From Chthonomonadaceae bacterium (GTDB lineage: Bacteria > Armatimonadota > Chthonomonadetes > Chthonomonadales > Chthonomonadaceae), in the NCBI GenBank assembly GCA_035650735.1, contig DASRGZ010000224.1, forward strand, positions 1 through 64,000: a stretch of DNA of 64,000 nt, written 5' to 3'. Each line of letters opens with the position of its first letter. Positions within the stretch are counted from its first letter, which is position 1. Shown here piece after piece: positions 1 to 10,071 of this stretch. The notes beneath the pieces were generated by a model that saw only the letters and a program-made list of their open reading frames with translations, had not been told where the DNA came from and searched no databases. A program made the position numbers and the translations under genes.

Positions 1-131
1 CTGGAGTTGAACCTGCCCAGTTACCGTATGGAGCAGGCGCAAAGCCAGCAGCAAGCAGCAGAAATCGCACCATCCTGAAAAAGAGGCAACGGGAAATCTA
101 ATTGTCGCCGACCAGGAAGGATATTTGTCGT

Positions 132-930
132 TCAACACTGGAGCTTATTGATGCCCGTGGCCGCGCTCTGGTCGGTATAGGCCGTGGCATAATAGCCGGT
201 GCCGTCGCTGAGCGCCTTTTGGTAGGTCGTGGCGGTAGTGGCGTGCGGGGTGCTGCCCGGAGGCGGAGGGCTAGGATAGTTGCTGAAGTCAAAGTTTTCG
301 GCGTTGGCCGTCAGTTGCACGGTATACGAGCAGGTGACCGACAGATAGCCCGTATTGCCGCTGGAGGTGGCGTCTGCGGAAATGCTGGGAAAGACGGAGA
401 GCACGACCTGCCCCGAACTGCTGTCGTGCATGGAGAGGCGCGTGCCCGAAGAGGTCCCGGAAAAAGTCCGTTGCTGGCCGGCTTATAGGGGTCACCGAGG
501 CCATCGCTGGCGGTTCCAGCGGCGCTGACGCCGCCCGTTCCCATCAGGGTAAAGCCCCAACTGGCGCTGGCTTTCTCCAGCACATAGATTTTGGCCGGAG
601 GATTGGGGCCAACTGTGCATCCCCGTCATTGAGCACCCAGCGCAGGGTGGCCGTGATCGTGCCGGAGGTCTCGCCATGGGCCGTATCGCCGTTTTGCAGG
701 TTGCCCGAACGGGTATAAGAAGGAGGGCTCTGGCTAAAGCCGGGATCGTAATTGGTAGGATACCACTGGGAGGAGCTTTGGCTCTTGATGGTTCCATCGG
801 AACCGGTGACTTGGCTGCTCTTGTTGCCGATGTAGGTGTAGGTAATCTGCCAGTGCGGTTTGGGCGGCGGGAGTTGCGCCCACAGAGGCAGGCAAGAGAG
901 CAAGAACAGGCAGAGGCTGCTAACGCGCAT
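132..930 (-). pseudogene. Secreted Ser/Thr/Gly-rich protein broken by at least two frameshifts (pseudogene or sequencing indels); may continue past the window start
   Basis: Signal peptide MRVSSLCLFLLSCLPLWA at ATG 930. Adding one base in the C-run near 606 and one in the T-run near 463 joins ORFs 544-930, 311-583 and 132-431. Confidence 0.6.
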
Positions 931-1024
931 AGCAGGGACAGGGAAGCAGGGTCGGGTGTTCACCGAACGTGTCCTCCTCTGGCATAATGTGCTCTGTTTT
1001 GTAGGTTGAAAGCGCTTTTGCCAG

Positions 1025-1053
1025 ATTATAAAGCAGGGCATACTGAATGTCAA
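1025..1053 (-). promoter_or_regulatory. Consensus sigma70 promoter TTGACA-N17-TATAAT
   Basis: Plus strand ATTATA at 1025-1030 and TGTCAA at 1048-1053, about 95 nt upstream of ATG 930. Confidence 0.7.
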
Positions 1054-1311
1054 GAGGTAAGGAAGCATTGATTGCTGCCCCGGCCATTCGGTGTGCTGTC
1101 GCCCCCAATACAAAAACATCGCCTGGAGAATTCCTGCATGTTTCTCCAGGCGATTTGCTTTGACCGCCGCCAAAACCGAGCTCGACCTGGAGAAGTAGCA
1201 GACAGAACCTGCCTTTCAGGCAGTCCAAGCGCAAACGGGTTAGGATGGGCAGGAAGCCTTGCGTTGAGAGTCGAATGGTTTCCCGGCAATATGGCCTTCC
1301 GAGGAGGAACG

Positions 1312-2751
1312 ATGAACGTCATTGTGGTTATCTCGGACACCCTGCGCCGGGACCATCTCGGCTGCTACGGCAATCCCTGGATTCAGACACCCAACCTGGA
1401 CGCCTTCGCCCAGGAGAGCCTGACGCTGGACCGGGCCTACATCAGCTCCTTTCCTACCGTCCCCTGCCGCAACGATGTGCTCACCGGACGCTATACGTTC
1501 ACCTATCGTCCCTGGGCGCCTCTGGAGGCGGGCCAGACCACGCTTCCGGAACTGCTGGGCCAGGCGGGGCGGATCACCGGGCTGGTGGCCGATACCCCCC
1601 ACCCCTTCACGCCCGGCTACAACTTCCAGCGAGGATTTCAGTCCTGGGAGATCATTCGGGGACAGGAGCACGATCCCTGGAAAGCTCACCCGCGCGAGGT
1701 CAGCCTGCCCTGCGCGCCGGAAAAGCTGCGCAGTCCCGACTCGACGGTAGCGCAATATCTGCGGAACGTGCACGAGCGGCGTTCGGAGGCCGACTATTTT
1801 CCTGCCCGCACCTTCACCGCCGCCGCCGAATGGCTGGAGCACAACCACCGCCATCCCTTTTTCCTCTATGTGGATACCTTCGATCCGCACGAGCCCTGGG
1901 ACCCGCCCCGCCACTACGTCGAGCGCTACGATCCCGGCTACGAGGGCGAGGAGGTTATCTATCCGCGCTACGATGTCAGCAGCTATCTCACGGACGCAGA
2001 GTTGAAGCACTGCCGCGCCCTGTACGCGGCGGAGGTCAGCCTGGTAGATACCTGGTTTGGCCACTTCATGAACCGGGTACGGTCGCTGGGGCTGCTCGCC
2101 AACACGGCGATTCTGTTCCTGGCCGATCACGGCTTTTACCTGGGCGAGCACGGCTTCATCGGCAAGTCCCTGATCACGCCGGAATATCAGCAAGCCCTGC
2201 CCCTCTACCCGGAAGTCGCCTGGATTCCCTTCCTAGCCTATCTGCCGGAGGGCTTGCATGGCGAGCGCAGGGAGGGGTTCGCCCAGCCGGTGGATATCCT
2301 GCCCACCGTGCTCGAACTCTGCGGCCTGCCCATGCCGGACGGGGTGCAGGGCCGCTCCCTGGCGCCGCTCCTGCGCGGCGAAGTGGAGGCCGTGCGCCCG
2401 GTCGCCATCTCCTCGCCCTGCCTGTCGGCCCCCACGTTCCAGGTGCCCCACCCCACCAACCGCGCCTCCATCACCGACGCCGAGTGGACGCTGATCTACG
2501 GCAGCCAGGTAGATCGCGTGCAGGAGCCGGAGGTGACGGCGATGGTGGACAGCCTGCTGCGCCAGGTACGAACGCTGGAACAAGGCCCGATCCGGCCGCA
2601 ACTGTTTCACCTGCCGGAGGACCCCTTCTGTAACCGCGACGTGCTGGAGGCGCATCCCGAGCAGGCGCAGCGGCTGCATGCCGCGTTTGTGCAATTTCTG
2701 GAGGAGGCGGGCGTACCGGAAACGCATTTGCGCTTCTTCCGCGCGCTATAG
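1312..2751 (+). CDS. Sulfatase-like hydrolase (alkaline phosphatase superfamily)
   Basis: VVISDTLRRDHLGCYG, TPNLD, TVPCR, DPHEPWDPP and ADHG motifs; RBS GAGGAGG at 1301. Confidence 0.9.
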   Translation: MNVIVVISDTLRRDHLGCYGNPWIQTPNLDAFAQESLTLDRAYISSFPTVPCRNDVLTGRYTFTYRPWAPLEAGQTTLPELLGQAGRITGLVADTPHPFTPGYNFQRGFQSWEIIRGQEHDPWKAHPREVSLPCAPEKLRSPDSTVAQYLRNVHERRSEADYFPARTFTAAAEWLEHNHRHPFFLYVDTFDPHEPWDPPRHYVERYDPGYEGEEVIYPRYDVSSYLTDAELKHCRALYAAEVSLVDTWFGHFMNRVRSLGLLANTAILFLADHGFYLGEHGFIGKSLITPEYQQALPLYPEVAWIPFLAYLPEGLHGERREGFAQPVDILPTVLELCGLPMPDGVQGRSLAPLLRGEVEAVRPVAISSPCLSAPTFQVPHPTNRASITDAEWTLIYGSQVDRVQEPEVTAMVDSLLRQVRTLEQGPIRPQLFHLPEDPFCNRDVLEAHPEQAQRLHAAFVQFLEEAGVPETHLRFFRAL

Positions 2752-2780
2752 AGCAGTCCACCCGTAAACGAGTGGGTTGT

Positions 2781-2856
2781 GTCGCAAGGCGGAGGCCCGA
2801 ACCGTTGAGGAAACGACCCTAGCGGAGCCCCACAGCGGCAGGGTTTAGCCTGCCGG
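2781..2856. repeat. Repeat cluster: a segment inverted relative to 3656-3750, plus a REP-like family B copy
   Basis: gtcgcaaggcggaggcccgaaccgttgag, followed by ccccacagcggcagggtttagcctgccgg, which recurs at 34103, 34267 and 61573. Confidence 0.65.
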
Positions 2857-2886
2857 CCCTGCCAAGTTAATCAGGAGGAAATCCCA

Positions 2887-3630
2887 TTGTCTCAGCTAGC
2901 CCCTATTCTCAGCCCCGATCAGGTGGCGCGCTACCGGGACGAAGGCTATCTAGTAGTGCCCGACCTGCTGACCGAGGAAGAAGTGAACGCCTTTCTGGAG
3001 CATGAAGCCCGGCGTCCCAAAGACGTAGCCTACAACCTGCACGGCCACATGCTAGATCCCCAGTACCGCTACCTGGCGACTCATCCCCGCGTTGTGGCCG
3101 TCGTCCGCCAACTGCTTGGCGGCGCGCCGCGCATCGTGCAGACTATGTTTCTCCACAAAGCGCCGGAGGGCGGCAAAGGCATTGCGCTGCACCAGGATAG
3201 CCACTACCTGCCCAATGAGCCCAATACCCTCATGGCCTGCTGGCTGGCCCTGACGGATACCGATGCCGACAACGGCGGCCTGTGCGTGGTGCCGGGCAGC
3301 CATAAGGAGGGATTGCGCTCGGCCCACAAGGCGCGGGACGCCTCCGAGCACGTCGTCTGGGAGACTATATACCAGATGCGGGACCGCCAGGGGCGGGAAT
3401 GGGAGCAGCCGATGGTCTCCTTTGAGATTGATGACCTGGACCCAAGCCGCCTCGTCTACCTGACGGTGCCGCGCGGGGCGGGCGTGTTTTTCACCGGAAT
3501 GACCATTCACGGCTCGTTTGCCAACCGCTCCTCCGCGCGCCCACGCCCGGCCTTCGCCACGCACTACGTCCACGAGTCCACCTGGGTCTTCCGCCAGGAC
3601 GTGCAGGATACCATGTCCTGCGGCGACTGA
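2887..3630 (+). CDS. PhyH-family Fe(II)/2-oxoglutarate dioxygenase
   Basis: YRDEGYLVV, HQD, DNGGLCVVPGSH and IHGS motifs; RBS AGGAGG; TTG start. Confidence 0.88.
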   Translation: MSQLAPILSPDQVARYRDEGYLVVPDLLTEEEVNAFLEHEARRPKDVAYNLHGHMLDPQYRYLATHPRVVAVVRQLLGGAPRIVQTMFLHKAPEGGKGIALHQDSHYLPNEPNTLMACWLALTDTDADNGGLCVVPGSHKEGLRSAHKARDASEHVVWETIYQMRDRQGREWEQPMVSFEIDDLDPSRLVYLTVPRGAGVFFTGMTIHGSFANRSSARPRPAFATHYVHESTWVFRQDVQDTMSCGD

Positions 3631-3932
3631 CCTAACCCCCCGTCCCCCACTGCCAGGGTCGGCGCTCAACGGTTCGGGCCACTGCCAGGGTCGGGCCTGC
3701 AATGGACTGCCAGGGTCGGCAGGGTTACGGCCCCTGCCTCCGCCTTGCGGCAGCCCTCCGCCTTGAGACACCTTGCGACCCTGCTTAGCCGCTAACGCGG
3801 CAGGGAAGGAGGAACCCGGCTTTCCCGTCTCCCCTCTCCCGCAGCGCCGGGAGAGGGGGATAGGGGGTGAGGGCCACCCCTCTCCCTCTCAAGGAGAGGG
3901 GTTGGGGGTGAGGTCGGTGGAGGGTGAGGGCC
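3631..3932. repeat. Intergenic repeat cluster: 3 x ACTGCCAGGGTCGG plus REP-like family A hairpins
   Basis: 14-mer at 3649, 3681 and 3706; CCCCTCTCCC...GGGAGAGGGG hairpins at about 3829-3932. Confidence 0.75.
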
Positions 3933-3961
3933 TTCCACCAGCCTACTTCAGGGTTGGGCGG

Positions 3962-6900
3962 CTACTCCACCGGCGCTGTGCGGACAGCGAAGCCGTACCC
4001 GGCAATGGTCGGGTCGTTGGTGAGCAGGATAAAGTCGGCGTGCAGGTCGTGATCCGGGCGGGCGCGCAGGGTCAGCGTGTGCGTCCCGCGCGTGAGCGGC
4101 ACCGCGCCGGCCAGTAGCGTCTGCCCGGCCTTTGCGTTGATGGGCGCGACCGGCTGGTTATCCACCAGCACCTCCACCGGCTCCAGCTTGCCGTTATGCA
4201 GGCAGCGCGTGTAGAGCGCATAGCGGCCCGGCTGATCGATCAGGAAGCGGGTCGTGATCGCCGTGCCGGGCGGCACGCGCACGCAGGTTATGCCTCTGCC
4301 GGGGCTGCATTCGGCGTCCCCAATCGGCTTGCCGGTCCCCAGATTGGTAAACTTCTCGCACTCGAACAGCAGCTCCTGCGGGGGCGGCGCCAGGTAGATC
4401 GCGGCCAGGCTGTGCGGCTCCAGCGTCAGCTTCCAGGTCGTCTCGGAGGGCACCGCCACCTGTCCGCGCCATGCCGCAAACGCCGCCGCCGGCAGGGTGA
4501 CGGTTTTCGTAACCGCCGTGTCCCGGGAATTATAATAGAGAATCTTATCGGTGAATAAGGTAGCATAGACGCCATCCCGGTCGGTATCTATGGGCAGGGC
4601 GTCACGGCGTCCGGGATCAATGGCGCTGAGGTGGTCCACGACGCGGCGCACGACCTCCGCATAGCCCTTGAGAAGCTGGCGGGTCGCCGGGAAGTAGACG
4701 GTCATGCCCTTGCCGTAGAGGCGTGCCCAGTCCTTGTTGAGCTGGCTGACATCCAGCTCGCGCCGGATCGTCCCGGGCGGCAGCACAGCCTCGGCAGCCT
4801 CGTCGGCGTCCGTAGCCACCAGCTTTACGTACTGCACCCGCAGGCCCAGACGCCGCTCGTCCTTAGAGTTGGTCTGGAGTTTTGCCGGCTGGAACGTCTC
4901 CGCCTGGAAGGTGAGCGTCGTCAGCGGATGGTCGGCCAGTAGGTCAGCGGGAACCCGGAAGCGATAGGTCACGTCGCCCGGCGACTCCAGCTCCCCGATG
5001 GGGCTGCCGTTGATAAGCAGCGTGCGCTTGAGTTGGGCGACCTCGGACGGCACGGAGGCGCGCACGACCAGAATATAGCTCCGGTCCGGGTCCACCGGCA
5101 GGCGCACGCTGGCATTGGCGCCCGTCCAGCGCCAGGCGCGGCCCTCCTGCGTTTCAGGCTCATACCACTCGCCGCCCAGATAGTCGGCGGCCTCCGGCTG
5201 GCCGACGGCGATGCGGTATTGCGCGGGGAGCCTGCCCACGTAGCGCTCCGTCACCCTCGCGGGCTTGAGTTCTCCGGCGTAGCCGAACATCTCGGAAAAC
5301 CAGCCGGTATCGCCCTCGACGTTCTTGACCTTGCCGAAGTCGTAGGCGACCAGCACGCCCCCATCCTGCACCCAGGCCCGGATCTTATCCAGCGTCGCCT
5401 GCTCGGCAATGTCCCCCTCCCACATCACCAGCACGCGATAGGGTGTCAGGCAGCCGTCCTGGATCATGCGCTCGTCCACAATATCAAAGTTCATCACATC
5501 GCGCAGATAGGCGCACGCCTGGGCAAAGATCGGGGCGTAGGGCCGTTCGGGATGCAGGCGCTGGTAGGTCGAAGGGTAGAACATGGCGACATCCACAATC
5601 GGCTTTTCCACCCGCAGATATTTGCCGTAGCGGTAGTAGACGTCGCGGAAGGCAACGGCGTTGCTGGTCCAATCGAAGTAGCCCTTTGCGCCCTGCGAGA
5701 CGGCCTCAAAGACGCGCTCGACCTCCTGCTCTGCCGTCAGGCTGCTGGGCGGCTCGATCCAGAAGGGAACGCCGTAGAAGCGGCAGGCGCTGCCCAGCCG
5801 GCCCAGCATGGTGGCGGCGTTTTCGGCAAAGGGCTTATAGGCGCCGTGCGTGGAGCGCACCTCGGCCTTATAGCGGGCGGCCATCTTGGGGATAAGGCTG
5901 TTGTCGTTGCCGCCGCGCAGGTCCTCGTCGCCGAACCCGGCAGGCAGCATGAGCAGCGTGTCCGGGAAGCGCTTGCGGGCCGCGCTCAAGTTTAACTCGA
6001 CGGCCCGGCCCACTGCGCCTTGATACCAGGCAATATAGTCCAGCCACTCGCGGCGGGCCTCCGGTCGGGGTCGCTCCGGGAAGGCGATCTCTTCGGGCGC
6101 TTTATAGTCGCGCTTCCAGGCAGCGTTGAGCGCCTCCAGGCTGCCGTACTTCTTAAGCATGGCGGCGCGGAAGCTGGCGCGGGCCTGCGGGTCCTGGCAC
6201 CACCAGCCGAGATGGTCGTGCAAGTTGCCGAAGCGCCGCTCCCAGTCCTCCCGCTGGCCGGGAACGGCCACGCGCGCGCCCATCAGCAGCCCGGCCTCGC
6301 CGTAATCGCCATGCACGCCCACATACAGCGCGGAAACTTTGGCCTTCGCGCCGCTTTTCCCGTCTCGCTTGCCTCCTTTCGCTCCTTCCGGGCCGTACTG
6401 CTTTGCCAGCGCCTCGTAGCCGTGGGCGATGAAGGTGGGCCAGGTCGGATCCCAGGGCGAGAAGGCTTCCACCGGCTGCTGATGCTCCCGACACTGAATG
6501 CGCGTGAAGGGGACGGATTTGCGGTACCAGGGCGGCGGGAAGGCATAGTGCGGGAAGTAGCACCAGTCCAATCCGAGCGCCCGGACGGCGCGGCGCTGGG
6601 CCTCCGCCGTGCGCCAGTCCCAGACGTTGGGCGCGCTCTCCTCGGTGGAAAGGTGGTCGGAGTCGGTCTGGAAGAGGGTGAACCCGGCTCCGGCGAGTAT
6701 CTGCATGTCGGAGGGGCTGGAGACGCTGGCGGAGAGGAGCATGCGGTCGCCTGGGCTGCGCGGGCGGGCATAGGGGTCTTCGCCGGCAGCGCCGCCGGCC
6801 TGGATGTCCCACAGGCGCACGATGCGCGAGGGATCGGGCCTGGGCGCGCCGCGCAATGGCCCCCAGACGCCGCCGTTGGCGGGCGCGAGCTCGTGGGCAT

Positions 6901-7393
6901 GGGGCCATCGGCTATCGTCCACCGTCAGGGCGCGCCAGGCGGGCGGCACACGGCGGTTGACGCGCACGCGCCCATCCGAGAAGACGCGCAGCGTCCTGCC
7001 GCCAGGCAGTCGGAGAACAAGCTTATAGAGGAGCCCGCCGGGGCCGCCCGTATTGGTCGCTTCGACGGCCAGCAGGTTCTGCCCGGCGTGCAGGAGGCGC
7101 GTGACATCGAACTCCTGCACGGTCGTCCAGTCGTGGCCCTGCGCCACCGGCTGCGCGCGCCCGTTCACGTAGGCGGCAAACTGGTCGTCGGCAGTAATAA
7201 GCAGCCTGGCGGAGAGGGGCGCTCTGGGCAGGCGGAACGTCTGGCGGAAGAAGACAGTTTCCGGGGGATGGGGTTGGTCGGTATCCCAGATCCACATCCA
7301 GTTGGTGGCGGGCGCGGCAGATGCGGGGCGGGGCACAGCCCCCAGGCAGCACAGCGTCCATAGAAGCGCGAGGCCGATGGGAACGCGGGGCAT
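3962..7393 (-). CDS. Large secreted multidomain glycoside hydrolase-like protein (beta-sandwich, GH42/GH14-like barrel, trimerisation-like domain)
   Basis: 1143-aa ORF with signal peptide; ITADDQFAAYVNG, KYGSLEALNAAW and DVAMFYP motifs. Confidence 0.7.
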   Translation of the reverse strand: MPRVPIGLALLWTLCCLGAVPRPASAAPATNWMWIWDTDQPHPPETVFFRQTFRLPRAPLSARLLITADDQFAAYVNGRAQPVAQGHDWTTVQEFDVTRLLHAGQNLLAVEATNTGGPGGLLYKLVLRLPGGRTLRVFSDGRVRVNRRVPPAWRALTVDDSRWPHAHELAPANGGVWGPLRGAPRPDPSRIVRLWDIQAGGAAGEDPYARPRSPGDRMLLSASVSSPSDMQILAGAGFTLFQTDSDHLSTEESAPNVWDWRTAEAQRRAVRALGLDWCYFPHYAFPPPWYRKSVPFTRIQCREHQQPVEAFSPWDPTWPTFIAHGYEALAKQYGPEGAKGGKRDGKSGAKAKVSALYVGVHGDYGEAGLLMGARVAVPGQREDWERRFGNLHDHLGWWCQDPQARASFRAAMLKKYGSLEALNAAWKRDYKAPEEIAFPERPRPEARREWLDYIAWYQGAVGRAVELNLSAARKRFPDTLLMLPAGFGDEDLRGGNDNSLIPKMAARYKAEVRSTHGAYKPFAENAATMLGRLGSACRFYGVPFWIEPPSSLTAEQEVERVFEAVSQGAKGYFDWTSNAVAFRDVYYRYGKYLRVEKPIVDVAMFYPSTYQRLHPERPYAPIFAQACAYLRDVMNFDIVDERMIQDGCLTPYRVLVMWEGDIAEQATLDKIRAWVQDGGVLVAYDFGKVKNVEGDTGWFSEMFGYAGELKPARVTERYVGRLPAQYRIAVGQPEAADYLGGEWYEPETQEGRAWRWTGANASVRLPVDPDRSYILVVRASVPSEVAQLKRTLLINGSPIGELESPGDVTYRFRVPADLLADHPLTTLTFQAETFQPAKLQTNSKDERRLGLRVQYVKLVATDADEAAEAVLPPGTIRRELDVSQLNKDWARLYGKGMTVYFPATRQLLKGYAEVVRRVVDHLSAIDPGRRDALPIDTDRDGVYATLFTDKILYYNSRDTAVTKTVTLPAAAFAAWRGQVAVPSETTWKLTLEPHSLAAIYLAPPPQELLFECEKFTNLGTGKPIGDAECSPGRGITCVRVPPGTAITTRFLIDQPGRYALYTRCLHNGKLEPVEVLVDNQPVAPINAKAGQTLLAGAVPLTRGTHTLTLRARPDHDLHADFILLTNDPTIAGYGFAVRTAPVE

Positions 7394-7492
7394 AAACTCC
7401 CTTTCCTTCGTTCTCTATTCTCAGGTCGGCGATGGGTTCCAGGGCCGATTTCGCGCAAACAGGCCCAGAATCCTGCCAAAGCCCCCATCAAC

Positions 7493-8869
7493 TCAGAGCG
7501 TCCAGCCTGCGCGGAACTCCGGGTGGATGTAAGGTGCCGCTTCGGGATTGCCGCGGGCGCGCATCCTTGCCCCGTCCCACTCGACCTTCCCACCGCTGCG
7601 CAGCGCCACATTGCCGAGGAGCAATGCCTCCGTGAGCATGGCCGAGTAACCGAAGTTCGCAAGGGCCTTTCCCTCGCCGCGACAGGCGTTCACCCACTCG
7701 ATCTGGTGGCTCGGCGTGCGCGGCAGCGTGGGTGAAGGCGGCTGGTAGCCTTCGAACTGCTTGCGCGGGAGAAGCACGAACATATCCGCCGCGGTCTCGC
7801 CACCGCTCCAGGTGCGGGTGAAGAGAGTCCCCTTGCTGCCGATGATGAGCGACCCGCCGTCGTTGCTGATCCGCGGCTCGCCCTGGAACAGCTCCTCCGG
7901 CGGCAGCTTCCCGCCATCATACCAGGTCACCGTGACCGGCGGCTGAGTTCCCCGCGCCGGGAAGCGAAGCTCAAGGATGCTCCAGAGCGGCCCGGTTTCC
8001 TTCATCGCGGCAGAGCCCATCGCAGGCGAGCAATCCTTAACCTCGATAAGAGTGGGAAGGCCCAACTCCAGCGCCCAGTAGGCGGTGTCCAGGTTGTGGA
8101 TGCCCATGTCGCCAATCGCGCCGGTGCCGAAGTCCCAGAAGCCGCGCCAGGCGAACGGTACGTAAGCAGGATTGTAGGGACGCCAGGGCGCAGGGCCCAG
8201 CCAGACATCCCAATCGAGCCCCTGGGGGACGGGTGGCGTCTCCTTCGGGCGCTCGATTCCCTGCGCCCACCAGCCGGCCGGGCGGTCGGTCCAGACGTGG
8301 ACCTCCTTCACTTCGCCGATAGCGCCAGCGCGAATGACTTCCACGGCGCGCCGGGTGCCCTCAAAGGCATGGCCCTGGATTCCCATCTGCGTCACCACGC
8401 CGGACTGCTTTGCGATCCGGGTCATCTGCCGGGCTTCCCATATAGAATGCGCCAATGGCTTCTCGCAGTAAACGTGCTTGCCCAGCTTCATCGCGGCAAT
8501 CGAGATAATGGCGTGGTTGTGGTCCGGTGTGGCGATGGCGACCGCGTCCATTCCTTTCTCCGCATCCAGCATCTTCCGCCAGTCGGTGTATTTCTTCGCG
8601 TCCGGATAGCGCCCGAACATAGTTGCGGCCCGCCGCTCGTCGCAATCGCACAGAGCCACGAAGTTCACTCCGGCTTTGCTCAGCTCCTCGATGTCTTCCT
8701 CGCCGCGCCCGCCGGCGCCGACTACGGCGAGGTTGAGCTTCTCGTTGGGCGAAACGCGCTTGGGTGTGCGCGCCTCCGCCTTTAGCGCGCCCGCAGCCAT
8801 ACCGCCGGCCAGTGCGGCTGTTTCGGTCAGGAAAGCGCGCCGAGTCATCTGGATTGGCCTGCGATCCAT
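7493..8869 (-). CDS. Tat-exported Gfo/Idh/MocA oxidoreductase
   Basis: TRRAFL twin-arginine motif; ATPDHNH, YCEKP and GDMGIH motifs. Confidence 0.9.
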   Translation of the reverse strand: MDRRPIQMTRRAFLTETAALAGGMAAGALKAEARTPKRVSPNEKLNLAVVGAGGRGEEDIEELSKAGVNFVALCDCDERRAATMFGRYPDAKKYTDWRKMLDAEKGMDAVAIATPDHNHAIISIAAMKLGKHVYCEKPLAHSIWEARQMTRIAKQSGVVTQMGIQGHAFEGTRRAVEVIRAGAIGEVKEVHVWTDRPAGWWAQGIERPKETPPVPQGLDWDVWLGPAPWRPYNPAYVPFAWRGFWDFGTGAIGDMGIHNLDTAYWALELGLPTLIEVKDCSPAMGSAAMKETGPLWSILELRFPARGTQPPVTVTWYDGGKLPPEELFQGEPRISNDGGSLIIGSKGTLFTRTWSGGETAADMFVLLPRKQFEGYQPPSPTLPRTPSHQIEWVNACRGEGKALANFGYSAMLTEALLLGNVALRSGGKVEWDGARMRARGNPEAAPYIHPEFRAGWTL

Positions 8870-8998
8870 AAATACCTCCGTGCGAGTGCTATATCCTGAA
8901 TACTCTATGCGAAGCGATCACCCGCTCCCACCTCTTCAGCAACCTCAGGGAAGTGAATGATCGTCCGGTAGCCAGGCAGAGTGCCCAACCTGGTCCGG

Positions 8999-9937
8999 CT
9001 ACTTTGCGGGCGTGATAGTGATATTGCGAAAGTCAATGGCGCCATGATCGCCCTGGATCATGATGGGGCCAGGGCTGCCCTCGTCGGCATCCAGCGCGCC
9101 GCCCGTGATGCCGGGGATGGTCTGCCGGTCGATCACGGTCTCTCCGTTAAAAATGACGGTCACGACTCGCCCCACCAGCGTGATATCATAGGTCTGCCAC
9201 TCTCCTGGCTTCCGTGATACATCCACGCACGGCGCAAAGAAGCCGTAGATGCTGCCATTGGTGTACCGGCTAGGTCTCTCCCCTTCGTCATCCTCGATCT
9301 GGACTTCATAACGGCCGCGCAGATAGAGGCCGCTGTTGCTGTCGGGCGGATAGCGGAACTCCACATGCAGTTTGAAATCCTCGAACTTGTCGGTTGAGAC
9401 CAGGTTGGCGCCGCCCTGGGTATTGGCAAGCACGCCATTCTTCACCATCCAGTGGCTCTCTCTGCCCTGCGTTTTCCAGCCATTCAGGTCCCGGCCATTG
9501 AAAAGCGCTATCGGCTTGCCCCACATGGGCGGGTGTGAGCGCTTGAGGGCCGGGGCGCGCTTGGCCACCCATGAACAGGGAGCGGCGTCATAACCGGTCA
9601 CGGTTCCTGTCATGCCATCTGCCTGGAGCCTACCCTCAAACTGCAAATCGTGGTCCTCATACTGTGGCGGTACGGTGAAACGCAGGGTTCCCTGTGAGTA
9701 CTCAATTTTGGAGATCGGGCGAACGCTGCCGACCGTGCCGACGAACCGACCAACGAGCGTCGCCCCCGAACGCTCCACCTCCAGCCAGGAGTATGCCAGG
9801 CCGCTGGGCGTGCGCGCCGTGATGTCCCACGCCCCCACAGGTTCCAGGCCCCCCTGCATGATAGTGCCGGGCTTTGCCGCCGGAGCCGCTACCGGCCAGA
9901 GTCCACATACCAACGCCAGAACATACAACGCCCGCAT
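8999..9937 (-). CDS. DUF1080 (3-keto-disaccharide hydrolase family) secreted protein
   Basis: Signal peptide; LFNGRDLNGW, NSGLYLRG, YEVQI, GEWQTY and IQGDH motifs. Confidence 0.88.
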   Translation of the reverse strand: MRALYVLALVCGLWPVAAPAAKPGTIMQGGLEPVGAWDITARTPSGLAYSWLEVERSGATLVGRFVGTVGSVRPISKIEYSQGTLRFTVPPQYEDHDLQFEGRLQADGMTGTVTGYDAAPCSWVAKRAPALKRSHPPMWGKPIALFNGRDLNGWKTQGRESHWMVKNGVLANTQGGANLVSTDKFEDFKLHVEFRYPPDSNSGLYLRGRYEVQIEDDEGERPSRYTNGSIYGFFAPCVDVSRKPGEWQTYDITLVGRVVTVIFNGETVIDRQTIPGITGGALDADEGSPGPIMIQGDHGAIDFRNITITPAK

Positions 9938-10071
9938 TCGATGCTTGCCTCCCCTTCGAGCTTTCGCTCTTCTAACGTAAATCCGCCCTTGTTCAGGTCT
10001 ACGTTTCGCGGGTCCTTCTAGGAATCCTCTCGGCCCAAAGCGCGGGGAAGGGATATGTTGTACAATAGAGT

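Noticed and set aside
3649..3719. Three 14-bp repeats as a CRISPR array
   Set aside because: Repeat too short, spacers only 18 and 11 nt, and embedded in a REP cluster.
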